Part shown: piece after piece, positions 35,170 through 43,993 of the stretch
How the letters are laid out: each line of letters starts with the position of its first letter
How positions within the stretch are numbered: position 1 is the first letter of the stretch
NCBI GenBank assembly: GCA_019428945.1
Contig: JAHYJM010000003.1
Span: forward strand, 4,792-68,791
Origin: Bacillota bacterium
GTDB lineage: Bacteria; Bacillota; Dethiobacteria; DTU022
Length of the DNA stretch: 64,000 nt
Direction of reading: 5' to 3'
Notes under the pieces: generated by a model
Told to the model about the DNA's origin: nothing
Databases searched by the model: none
The model's input: the letters and a program-made list of their open reading frames with translations, nothing else
Made by a program: the position numbers and the translations under genes

Positions 35170-36167
35170 TATACCTGCTCGCGGCGGTAATGCCCGGAGC
35201 GCCCTCCTTTCTTCTCAACCAGACGAATATTCTGGATAACCATACTTTTATCAACAGCTTTGCACATGTCATATATAGTCAGGGCTGCGATACTAACCCC
35301 TGTTAAAGCTTCCATTTCAACCCCTGTCTGGCCGGTAAGTTTGACCCTGACACCAATCTTAATTTTAGGCAGGGGGCTTTCAACTGGTTCAAAATCCACC
35401 TCAACACCAGATATACCGAGAGGATGAGCCATAGGTATCAGTCGCCCGGTTTCTTTTACGGCCATGATCGCGGCAACCTGGGCAACTCCAAGCACATCCC
35501 CTTTACTGATACTTCCTGCGTTTATCCTGGCGAGAGTTTCGGCTGACATTAAAATTTCTCCACAGGCGTAGGCTTCCCTCAGGGTCTGTTCTTTTGCAGA
35601 AACGTCAACCATGTGTGGTCTTCCTCTGGAATCAAAGTGAGTTAAATCTAGATTTATATCTTCATTGTTCCAGCGTTTTTTAAAATATTTTTCTATTATA
35701 AAATCTGCAAGGGCTCCACTATCTTTAATATCAATAACTGGAATACTAAGTTGCAAATCGAGCCTGTCGCTCACAAGAGCGATAGTGTTTTCATATAAGA
35801 GTGGCTCGGAGTTAACATCGCTGCGCAGCACTTCAATCTTAGGGCTTTTACTCTTCTTGTTACCTTCAATTAGCAGCAGGTCAAATTCTCTTAACAGGTT
35901 TGCGGCAGCTTCGGTTCCGCTTTTACCCGCTTCTGATCCGGTCAGGATAAAGCTGTCAGGAGTGGTCATTCCCGCAATATCGGCTCCTGCCTGTGAAAAA
36001 CGCCAACTGTCTTTTCCGGGCAAGTCAAGATCATAATGATGTAAATGTCCTTTTAGTGCAGCAACACGCAGGCCTCTTTTCTTTAAAACCGGCAGCAGCT
36101 TTTCGAGAATGGTGGTTTTTCCGGTTTCCGACTGGGCGGCAACCAGGTGAATAATTACAGGTGGCAA
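35169..36167 (-). CDS. MobB and MoaC (cyclic pyranopterin monophosphate synthase) fusion
   Basis: N-terminal P-loop SETGKTTILEKL...KGHLHHYDLDLPGKDS is MobB; C-terminal 160 aa MVDVSAKEQTLREA...ALTIYDMCKAVDK is MoaC. Start set to the TTG at 36167, 5 nt after GGGAGGTGGG, instead of the ORF-track ATG at 36257; this removes a 55-nt overlap with moaA. Confidence 0.7.
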   Translation of the reverse strand: MPPVIIHLVAAQSETGKTTILEKLLPVLKKRGLRVAALKGHLHHYDLDLPGKDSWRFSQAGADIAGMTTPDSFILTGSEAGKSGTEAAANLLREFDLLLIEGNKKSKSPKIEVLRSDVNSEPLLYENTIALVSDRLDLQLSIPVIDIKDSGALADFIIEKYFKKRWNNEDINLDLTHFDSRGRPHMVDVSAKEQTLREAYACGEILMSAETLARINAGSISKGDVLGVAQVAAIMAVKETGRLIPMAHPLGISGVEVDFEPVESPLPKIKIGVRVKLTGQTGVEMEALTGVSIAALTIYDMCKAVDKSMVIQNIRLVEKKGGRSGHYRREQV

Positions 36168-36202
36168 GTTCCCACCTCCCTTGGATAATAGGATGATTAA
36201 AT

Positions 36203-37198
36203 TTATCCGCCTGTTTTTGACATGGAGCGCATTGATCCCGGGTTTACAGACCCACACTTGCCATCGCAGCCCATTTGGTGCTCAACCGGTTTACTTTTAA
36301 GCACTTCCTGTATTAAATCTTTTAGGGCCTCATTGTCATTGATGACAGGTTGAACGGGTGTTTCATCCTGCCAGTAAAGGCATGCCTTCAGGTTGCCTTC
36401 TGCTGTGAGACGCAGCCGGTTACAGGTATCACAGAAATGCTTGCTGATCGGATGAATCAGCCCGATTGTGCCCTGTCCACCAGCTATAGTATAAGATTCG
36501 GCCGGTCCGGCACCACCGGGCAGGGGAACAGGCGTTAGCGGGAAACCGGCTTTAATGGCGACTTCTTCAATGTATGTAAGGGGCAGATAGTGATCACGGT
36601 AGCCGCAATCATGATCACCAATTGGCATATATTCAATAAAGCGTACATGCAGCGTTTTTTTCCGGGTAAGCTCTAAAAAATCAATTATTTCGTCGTCATT
36701 TACTCCTTTCATTAAAACGACATTCAGTTTTACCGGGTTAAGCTTATTATCAAGCGCTGCTTCTATGCCGCGTAATGCCTGGTCTAATTTGCCGCATCGT
36801 GTTATATTATTGTACTTTTCAGGCTGCATTGAATCAAGGCTGATATTAACCCTTTTTAACCCTGCTTTTTTCAGCTCCCCGGCATACTTGTCAAGTAATA
36901 TTCCATTTGTAGTCATCGCCAGATCGCTGATGCCGGGGGTGGCAGCTATATTTCTGATTAAATCTACAACTCCCCTGCGTACCAGCGGTTCACCGCCGGT
37001 AATCCTTATTTTACTGATTCCAAGTTCGGCTCCGGCCCTGACAACCTTGAGGATATCTTCATAACTTAAAATATCCTCATGTTTGAGTTGCTCAATGCCT
37101 TCTTCACCCATGCAGTATACACAGCGCAGGTTGCACCTGTCTGTGATAGAGATTCTCAGGTAATCGTGTTTTCTGCCCTGTCCGTCTGTCAGTGTCAT
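36203..37198 (-). CDS. moaA: GTP 3',8-cyclase MoaA (radical SAM)
   Basis: CNLRCVYCM radical-SAM motif, MoaA C-terminal Cys cluster; 331 aa. Confidence 0.88.
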   Translation of the reverse strand: MTLTDGQGRKHDYLRISITDRCNLRCVYCMGEEGIEQLKHEDILSYEDILKVVRAGAELGISKIRITGGEPLVRRGVVDLIRNIAATPGISDLAMTTNGILLDKYAGELKKAGLKRVNISLDSMQPEKYNNITRCGKLDQALRGIEAALDNKLNPVKLNVVLMKGVNDDEIIDFLELTRKKTLHVRFIEYMPIGDHDCGYRDHYLPLTYIEEVAIKAGFPLTPVPLPGGAGPAESYTIAGGQGTIGLIHPISKHFCDTCNRLRLTAEGNLKACLYWQDETPVQPVINDNEALKDLIQEVLKSKPVEHQMGCDGKCGSVNPGSMRSMSKTGG

Positions 37199-37200
37199 TA

Positions 37201-39099
37201 TTATAACTCCTTTGTGCCGGCATCACGCATGCTGTATCCGCCCATAGCTTCGACCTGCTTTTTAAATTCTGGATCGTTAATAATTTCCAGCAAAATTTTA
37301 GAATCTTTGCTTATGAAAAAAACATCGCTCATCAAAAGATCATATCTTTCTTCAACAACAGGGACAAAGTCAAGGTTAAATGCTTTGGCAGCCGGCAGGA
37401 TACCTAAGCCAACCCTGGCCGCACCTGCGGCAACCGAGGCGGCTACATTTAAGTGAGAGTGTTCCTCTCGCTCGTAACCATAGACCTGTTCAGGTTTTAT
37501 GCCGGCCTTATTCAGCATATGGTCAAACAGCAGGCGTGTGCCGGCGCCACGCTGCCGGTTAATAAAACTTAAGTTTTTGTCAACCACTGTATTTACTGAT
37601 TCAACCTTGTCGGGATTTCCTGCCGGGACAATCCACCCCTGCATCCGGTAGGCCAGGTTAATCAGGTGGAGTTTCTGATCGGGAAGCATTTTATTTATGT
37701 ATGGCAGATTGTAAGTATTGGTGTCAGGATCAAATAGGTGCACACCGGCTAAATGGGCTTGACCCCTGCCAATTGCGGCTATGCCTCCCATACTGCCCAG
37801 GTGGGCTGAAGAGAGGTTCATTAAAGGGTTGCGTTCTTTTAAAGCCGTTGCGAGCAGATCAATAATTAGGTCATGACTGCCTGCGGCCAGAAGGTTGTGT
37901 TTCAGCTCGTATTCTGGCCGGTAAAGCTCGAGTTCTACTGTTTCGCCCTGCTCGTAGCCAAGTGAATTGGCCGGAATAACCAAAAGCCCATCGGCCCGCA
38001 CCAGAGACATTGTTACTCCTGCTCCCCTTGTTAAAGGATTGGCAATGTAACGGTCTCCCACATACCCTACAGTCATTCTAACATACTCTTCTACGCCGAC
38101 TTCTGAAACAACACGTCGGCCCAGTGATACGTCCAGTTTCGGCCGCTGCGGGTAAGGCAGACCCAAATATTTATAAATTAGCGGTTGTACGAACCATTCA
38201 AGGCTCATATAAGCTGAGACCGGGTATCCGGGCAATCCGACAACCGGTTTGTTGCCAACTTTGCCGAGAATAGTTGGCTTTCCCGGCCTTGTGGCCACAC
38301 CGTGTAAGAATACTTCACCTAATGCTTCAATAACGGGAAAGGTATAATCTTTCTCTCCTGCAGAGGAGCCGGCATTGATTATGATCAGGTCGCCCTTATT
38401 AGACGCCTCTGACACTGCCTGCCTGATTTTATCCGGTTCATCGGGAACTATCGGAGCAATGAACGGTTCGGCGCCCCACTCCTGAAGGTATGAAGCAATA
38501 ACAGTGCTGTTGAAATCAGGGATACTGCCGCGACTTCTTTCAGCGCCTGGTGAGACAACTTCTGATCCGCTTGGTATGATTATAGCCAGTGGTTTCTTTA
38601 GCACCTCGATATCTGTAATTCCTCCGGCTAAGAGAGCGCCCAAATCGGGCGGCCGCAGTTTATGCCGGGTGGGGACTATGATCTCGCCGGCGACAACATC
38701 TTCGCCTACAGGGCGTACATGCTGCCATGGCGTAGCAGGCGTGATGATTTCCACTTTGCCATCGGACAGTTCCTGAATCTCTTCAACCTTAATTACAGCA
38801 TCAAAACCGGGAGGCAGCGGGTTTCCTGTATTGACAGAGACAAAACTATCTTTCTCAGAAAGCTGAAGCGGATTTTGATCCGACGCAGAAAAAGTATTTT
38901 CTGCTTTTACGGCAATTCCATCCATTGCTGCTGCATGATAACCGGGCATGGACAACCCGGCAAATACCGGGTCTGCAGTTACACGGCCAAGTGCGTCAAC
39001 AACTTTGATCGTTTCTGTTTGTCTTGCTATCGGAGCTTTTCCCAGGAAAAGTTCCAATGCTTCAAGCCTCGGGGTGTTACTTAAGTAAACCTTTCTCAT
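37201..39099 (-). CDS. MoeA molybdopterin molybdenumtransferase fused to a C-terminal PBP-like putative oxyanion-binding domain
   Basis: 632 aa. First ~400 aa are MoeA-like (GGVSMG-type fold, PGNP-like PGYPVSA). Last ~230 aa resemble a periplasmic-binding-protein-like (PF12727-type) domain. Confidence 0.7.
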   Translation of the reverse strand: MRKVYLSNTPRLEALELFLGKAPIARQTETIKVVDALGRVTADPVFAGLSMPGYHAAAMDGIAVKAENTFSASDQNPLQLSEKDSFVSVNTGNPLPPGFDAVIKVEEIQELSDGKVEIITPATPWQHVRPVGEDVVAGEIIVPTRHKLRPPDLGALLAGGITDIEVLKKPLAIIIPSGSEVVSPGAERSRGSIPDFNSTVIASYLQEWGAEPFIAPIVPDEPDKIRQAVSEASNKGDLIIINAGSSAGEKDYTFPVIEALGEVFLHGVATRPGKPTILGKVGNKPVVGLPGYPVSAYMSLEWFVQPLIYKYLGLPYPQRPKLDVSLGRRVVSEVGVEEYVRMTVGYVGDRYIANPLTRGAGVTMSLVRADGLLVIPANSLGYEQGETVELELYRPEYELKHNLLAAGSHDLIIDLLATALKERNPLMNLSSAHLGSMGGIAAIGRGQAHLAGVHLFDPDTNTYNLPYINKMLPDQKLHLINLAYRMQGWIVPAGNPDKVESVNTVVDKNLSFINRQRGAGTRLLFDHMLNKAGIKPEQVYGYEREEHSHLNVAASVAAGAARVGLGILPAAKAFNLDFVPVVEERYDLLMSDVFFISKDSKILLEIINDPEFKKQVEAMGGYSMRDAGTKEL

Positions 39100-39121
39100 T
39101 TTTATGCTCCTTAACTTAGTT

Positions 39122-40348
39122 CTAATCCCACAAGGTGATTTTCACTTTAGTCCCTGCGCGCAAGCCTTCACTTTCTGCAGGAATTACAAGCAAACCATCG
39201 GCTTCGGCCAGGGTGCGCATCATCCCCGATCTGCCGAAAACAGGGACAGCATTTATTATGTCTTTATCCGCCTGCAGTTTTACCCGAACATATTCAGTCC
39301 GTCCGGAACGGGAAGAAATGTTACGGCTTAAGGTTGCGCTGACTGTCGGGTGAAAAGTTCGCTCTGCCTTTCCGGTAAGACGGTTAATGATTTTTTCCCC
39401 AAATATAGCGAATATATTAAGAGCCGATACCGGATGACCGGGTAAGCCGAGTACAGGTTTGCCGTTACAGCTGGCCAGCAGGGTCGGTTTTCCCGGTTGT
39501 ATGGCAATGCCTTCAACCAGCAGACCGGGTTTGCCCAATTCGTTCATGGTTTTAGCGGTGAAGTCCCTGCTTCCGACGGAGCTGCCTCCCGAAAAAACGA
39601 GAAAATCTACTTTTTCAAGCATGGATTTACTTTTTTCCAGAAATGTTTCAAATATATCGGGAAGAATACCTCCGTATTCAATATCGGCGTCCATCTGAGA
39701 AGCCAGGTATAATAGCGCCGGAGCATTGCTGTCGCGTATTTGTCCCGGAGCAAGGCTGCCGGTATGGTAATCAACAAGTTCATCGCCGCTGGAATAAAAA
39801 CCGATTTTGGGACGACGATGCACGGCTATATCGGATACCCCAAGAGAAGCCAGCATACCTATCTCCGGAGCGCGGAGGCGGTGGCCTGCGGAGAGGGCAA
39901 GAACGCCTTCTTTTAAATCTTCACCCTTGTGGATTACGTTTTCTGCCGGAGCTACCTGCCTAAATATCTGGATTAAAGTGCCAGTTGATTCAGTGTCTTC
40001 AATCATTACAACTGCGTCGGATCCTTCAGGAAGCATTCCACCGGTATGAACCAGGCAGCACTGTCCCTCCTTAATTTGCGGGGCTTTTTTGCCCATGAGC
40101 ACTTCGCCAATGCATTCAAGCATAGCCGGTATTCCTTCGCCTGAACCAAATGTGTCCCGCGCCAGTACTGCGTAGCCGTCTACAGTTGAACGATCGAAGC
40201 CGGGCACATCTTCCGGTGCGTAAATATTTTCAGCCAGACAGCGTCCGCCGGATTTATCAAGAGGGACTGATTCGGCTGCGAGTGCCGTGAAATTATCGTT
40301 TATGATTTTAATTACATCTTCTGGAGCCGTAACCCGCATTAATTTCAT
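39122..40348 (-). CDS. moeA: molybdopterin molybdenumtransferase MoeA
   Basis: 408 aa with canonical MoeA architecture (FDRSTVDGYAV, SGGSSVGSRD, LPGHPVSA). Confidence 0.85.
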   Translation of the reverse strand: MKLMRVTAPEDVIKIINDNFTALAAESVPLDKSGGRCLAENIYAPEDVPGFDRSTVDGYAVLARDTFGSGEGIPAMLECIGEVLMGKKAPQIKEGQCCLVHTGGMLPEGSDAVVMIEDTESTGTLIQIFRQVAPAENVIHKGEDLKEGVLALSAGHRLRAPEIGMLASLGVSDIAVHRRPKIGFYSSGDELVDYHTGSLAPGQIRDSNAPALLYLASQMDADIEYGGILPDIFETFLEKSKSMLEKVDFLVFSGGSSVGSRDFTAKTMNELGKPGLLVEGIAIQPGKPTLLASCNGKPVLGLPGHPVSALNIFAIFGEKIINRLTGKAERTFHPTVSATLSRNISSRSGRTEYVRVKLQADKDIINAVPVFGRSGMMRTLAEADGLLVIPAESEGLRAGTKVKITLWD

Positions 40349-40394
40349 CTAAACACCCCGGCCATTTTATCAATTAATATAAAAGCCACGCTCC

Positions 40395-40528
40395 CATGTT
40401 TATGGAAACGCGGCCTGTCGGCATAGTCTCCTTTCCAATTACGGGAGGCGGGAGGATTTCTCCCCCAGCCCAGGCCTGACACCATAGCTGCTTTCTGCTG
40501 TAGGTGAAAAAGCTCGGAGGCTGCAATA
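40395..40528 (-). ncRNA. candidate molybdenum-cofactor (Moco) riboswitch in the moeA operon leader
   Basis: Minus-strand leader ...CAGCCUCCGAGC...GGGGGAGAAAUCCUCCCGCCUCCCG...GGAAAGGAG contains elements I recall from the Moco RNA motif (GCCUCCGAG, CCCGCC, terminal AAGGAG). Sits directly upstream of a moe/moa operon. An extended -10 TGTTATAAT lies just upstream (plus coordinates ~40543-40552). Confidence 0.45.
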
Positions 40529-40610
40529 AACTTTTTTTACATCAGTATTATAACATATTCTGCTTGATCCGGCAGATCTGAAGCAAACAAGGTGTGGTTA
40601 GTAAATGATA

Positions 40611-40672
40611 ATGTCACCTTGTTAATTATCGTGATAATATGTCACCTATGGAAAGCAGAGTGTTAATGTCAC
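40611..40672 (-). promoter_or_regulatory. three direct repeats of an ATGTCAC-containing motif upstream of the Moco operon promoter
   Basis: TGATAATGTCACCT at ~40607-40620, TGATAATATGTCACCT at ~40633-40648 and TTAATGTCAC at ~40663-40672, spaced 27-28 nt apart. Confidence 0.35.
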
Positions 40673-40692
40673 AGAAACAGTTAAGTCGGTAT

Positions 40693-41223
40693 TTAGTAAG
40701 GAAAAAGAATTAGTCCCAGCAGTGCGCCAAGGCCGATATAGTAAAGGGGACTGACTGGACGAAGCAGGCTGGCAATCAATATTAGGCCGAATATAAAAGC
40801 AGTGGAAAGATCTATAACAGCAGACTGCCCCAGTGTGTAAGAAGCGAGAAGAATCAGGGCAACCAGGGCAGAGCGTAAACCGCTGAGGAATGTTTTTGCA
40901 CCGGGGTTTTGAATCAGTTTAAACAATATCCGGGCTAACAGCAGCAGCAGAACAAGTGAAGGAGTAATTACGCCTAATGATGCAACCAGCGAACCGGTTA
41001 CGCCTGCAAGACGATAGCCGATAAATGTTGCAGCATTGATCGAAACTGGCCCCGGGGTCATTTCAGCAACGGCAATGATATCGAGAAATTCAGAGGCACT
41101 CAACCAGCTGTGAACTCTGATTACTTCAGCTTCCATCAGGGGAATCATTGCGTATCCTCCACCAATGGTGAATAGGCCGACTTTAAGAAAAGACCAGTAA
41201 AGTGAGAGGAGAATATTAAGCAT
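40693..41223 (-). CDS. short-chain chromate-transporter (CHR) family protein, C-terminal-type half
   Basis: ~176-aa polytopic membrane protein with a ChrA-family GGGYAMIPL motif. Start moved to the internal Met (MLNILLS...) to give only an 8-nt overlap with the upstream partner. Confidence 0.65.
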   Translation of the reverse strand: MLNILLSLYWSFLKVGLFTIGGGYAMIPLMEAEVIRVHSWLSASEFLDIIAVAEMTPGPVSINAATFIGYRLAGVTGSLVASLGVITPSLVLLLLLARILFKLIQNPGAKTFLSGLRSALVALILLASYTLGQSAVIDLSTAFIFGLILIASLLRPVSPLYYIGLGALLGLILFPY

Positions 41224-41791
41224 CAGTTTGGCTCCCCCTGAAGAAAACCAGACCGGCCAGGCCGCCGGCAACTAAAACAAGGATAGGGTGTATTTGAGAA
41301 ATGATCGCAATGACAAGCAGGACCGCACTAAGTATTATACCCTTCCAACCGTGTAAGATATCACGGCCCATTTTAATGGCTGCATATGCAATAAGTGCTA
41401 CAACGGCAGGCCTTAAACCGTAAAAGGCTGCCTGAACATAAATATTATCGTGCACCATAGGGTAAAGCCAGGCAGCAATGATTAATAAAATAATTACCGA
41501 AGGAGCTGTAACACCAAGGGCGGCTACAAGGCCTCCGGCAGTGCCGCGCAGCCTGACTCCGATCTGTATGGCGCTGTTAAGGGCAAGTTGTCCGGGCATT
41601 CCCTGGGTAATGATCAGGATGTCTGAAAAGACTGACTGGTTTACCCATTTTCTTTTGTATACTATTTCCTGTTGAATTACCGGCAGTATGGCATAACCGC
41701 CACCAAAAGTAAAAGCTCCCACTTTAAAAAAAGTGAGCATTATTGTCAGCAGAGATTCCCTTTTCTCAGTTGATGACAATGGTGAAGGCAT
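41216..41791 (-). CDS. short-chain chromate-transporter (CHR) family protein, N-terminal-type half
   Basis: 191-aa membrane protein with FGGGYAILPV motif. Paired with 40693..41223 like B. subtilis YwrA/YwrB. Confidence 0.65.
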   Translation of the reverse strand: MPSPLSSTEKRESLLTIMLTFFKVGAFTFGGGYAILPVIQQEIVYKRKWVNQSVFSDILIITQGMPGQLALNSAIQIGVRLRGTAGGLVAALGVTAPSVIILLIIAAWLYPMVHDNIYVQAAFYGLRPAVVALIAYAAIKMGRDILHGWKGIILSAVLLVIAIISQIHPILVLVAGGLAGLVFFRGSQTDA

Positions 41792-41829
41792 CCGGTTGCC
41801 ACCGCTTTCATATCAGTTAAGGACAGGAT

Positions 41830-42336
41830 TTATTTTTCATCATAACCGTTATTATGATTATTTTGCTGGTCCCCTTTTTGATCAAGCTCTTCAAAAACAC
41901 GCATTACTGATTGCAGGGAGACAATCAGGTTTTCTCTCTCATCCGCGTCAAGATGCTGGGCCAGATTATTGAACCGGAAGGAGCGTCTTTCGAAAACCAG
42001 GCGCGAAAGCTGACGCCCGTAAGAGGTGAGAGCAACTCTTACTACCCGTCGGTCTTTATCATCACCGCGTCTTTTAACAAGATTAAGATTAACCAGACGA
42101 TTTACAAGCCTGGTTGCTGCACTTTCAGCCAGGTATATCTCTGAGCTTAACTTGCCCATAGTCAGGTCGTCATGTAAATAAAGGACCAGGAGGGCGTTGA
42201 TCTGGCTGGGGGTAATTCCCAATCCGGTCAGTTCACGGTTTTCCTCGGCACTGAGATAATGCATTAACTTGGGGAAGATTGCCTGAATGGCGGAGGTGAA
42301 TTTCTCAGGATCTCTGTAATCATCGATCATATCCAT
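41830..42336 (-). CDS. MarR-family transcriptional regulator
   Basis: 168 aa with a winged-helix MarR pattern (...LTMGKLSSEIYLAESAATRLVNRLVNLNLVKRRGDDKDRRVVRVALT...). Sits upstream of the chrA pair on the same strand. Confidence 0.75.
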   Translation of the reverse strand: MDMIDDYRDPEKFTSAIQAIFPKLMHYLSAEENRELTGLGITPSQINALLVLYLHDDLTMGKLSSEIYLAESAATRLVNRLVNLNLVKRRGDDKDRRVVRVALTSYGRQLSRLVFERRSFRFNNLAQHLDADERENLIVSLQSVMRVFEELDQKGDQQNNHNNGYDEK

Positions 42337-42558
42337 AGCTCCTTCCTGCCGCCTTTATACAGGCTTGCGGCAAAACTTAATCATAGGTTAGGCTATTTGC
42401 ATAAATATGTCAAGGTTCAGGGGACATGTCTCTGCAGATGTTGTTGGCGCTGCAACTATTTGGTATACTGATTACAGTTACTTACTCTGACGGCCGGAGC
42501 TAACGACGGCCCTAATCTTCAACGTTTAAGCCCCGGTTTCAAGGCAGGTGTATTCCTG

Positions 42559-43938
42559 ATGCTTTCACTTATAGGTATTGCTCCTCATCCGCCGATTATC
42601 ATTCCTGATATTGGCCGTGGTGAACTGGCTAAAGTGAGTAAGACTGTTGATGGCATGCGGCTGCTATCTCAAAAGTTTAAAGATAAATCGCCGGAATTGA
42701 TAATTATTATTACTCCGCACGGTAACGTTTTCAGAGAAGGGCCTGCTGTATTAACCGGAAAGCGGCTTTCAGGAAATTTCGGGCAGTTTGGATCGCCGGG
42801 AATAAAAATTGAATTTGAAACAGACCTTGAAATGCTTGAAATTCTCAGGGAAGAAACAGCTTCCGGGCCACTTCAAGCTGTATTTCTGGATGAAAATAAT
42901 TATAGGATTAACGGGAGTCAGGGTCTGGATCATGGCGCCATGGTTCCACTTTATTATCTGAATGAGGCCGGACTATATCTGCCCGGTCTGCATATCACTT
43001 TTGGTTTTAATTCATATCGTGATTTGTATGACTTTGGCGTTGTCCTTAAAAATACTATTGATCAAAGAGGCTCAAAAACTGCAATTATGGCCAGTGGAGA
43101 TCTGTCCCACCGCCTCTTTCCCGGCGCACCGGCCGGTTATTCACCGCGTGGTGCTGAGTATGATCAGCTATTGGTGAGGCTTCTGCGGGAGGGAAAAGCA
43201 GAAGAGATTATAAACATAGATCCTAAGTTGGTTGAAGATGCCGGTGAATGCGGCCTTCGTTCTTTTGTAATAGCCCTTGGCGCTATCAGAGAACAGGAAT
43301 TTACTGCCGACATAATTTCATATGAAGGCCCCTTTGGAGTTGGTTATTTAGTTGCTTCTATTGAACCTCAAAATGACGAAATGAGCAAAACAGCAGAAAC
43401 TGGTAATGATATTCAGGCGAACTTTTTAGAACCGGGCCCGGCATATTTTGCCCGCAAGGTTTTGGAAAACTATTTTTTTCAAGGGACCATCCCCGATTCA
43501 TTTGGCAATCTTTCACCTCATTACTCGGCTAAAGCAGGAGCCTTTGTATCTCTGAAAAAAAGTGGAAAACTGCGCGGGTGCATTGGAACTTTCGAAGCAG
43601 TCAGGGAAAATCTGGCTTCTGAGATTGCAGCAAATGCAGTCAGCGCGGCAACCAGGGATCCCCGTTTCCCCCCTGTTAGCGCAGATGAATTGCCCGCAAT
43701 TGAGATTTCAGTTGACATCTTGAGCCCCCTTGAGAAAGTTGCCAATGAAAGCGAACTTGATCCAAAAATATATGGTGTATATGTCCGAAGCGGACACCGC
43801 TCAGGACTTTTACTGCCCGATCTGGAAGGTGTAGATACCGTTGAGGAACAGGTTGGCATTGCCCGGCAAAAGGCGGGAATAAGCCCTGGCGAGGCGGTCG
43901 AATTGTATCGCTTCAAAGTAACCCGTTACACTGAATAG
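42559..43938 (+). CDS. LigB/Memo-superfamily domain fused to AMMECR1 domain (AmmeMemoRadiSam-type system component)
   Basis: 459 aa. N-terminal ~270 aa have a class-III extradiol-dioxygenase / Memo-like fold (GIAPHPPIIIPDIGRGE, ITPHGNV). C-terminal ~180 aa are AMMECR1 (GAFVSLKKSGKLRGCIGTFE). Confidence 0.7.
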   Translation: MLSLIGIAPHPPIIIPDIGRGELAKVSKTVDGMRLLSQKFKDKSPELIIIITPHGNVFREGPAVLTGKRLSGNFGQFGSPGIKIEFETDLEMLEILREETASGPLQAVFLDENNYRINGSQGLDHGAMVPLYYLNEAGLYLPGLHITFGFNSYRDLYDFGVVLKNTIDQRGSKTAIMASGDLSHRLFPGAPAGYSPRGAEYDQLLVRLLREGKAEEIINIDPKLVEDAGECGLRSFVIALGAIREQEFTADIISYEGPFGVGYLVASIEPQNDEMSKTAETGNDIQANFLEPGPAYFARKVLENYFFQGTIPDSFGNLSPHYSAKAGAFVSLKKSGKLRGCIGTFEAVRENLASEIAANAVSAATRDPRFPPVSADELPAIEISVDILSPLEKVANESELDPKIYGVYVRSGHRSGLLLPDLEGVDTVEEQVGIARQKAGISPGEAVELYRFKVTRYTE

Positions 43939-43993
43939 TGGGACAAAGGGGACAGGTCCTTTTGTCCCACTATTCAACAGTATTAATTTTATA

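Noticed and set aside
36203-36257. Apparent 55-nt overlap between moaA and the mobB-moaC ORF
   Set aside because: Artefact of the first-ATG ORF call. A TTG at 36167 with GGGAGGTGGG upstream gives a canonical MobB N-terminus and removes the overlap.
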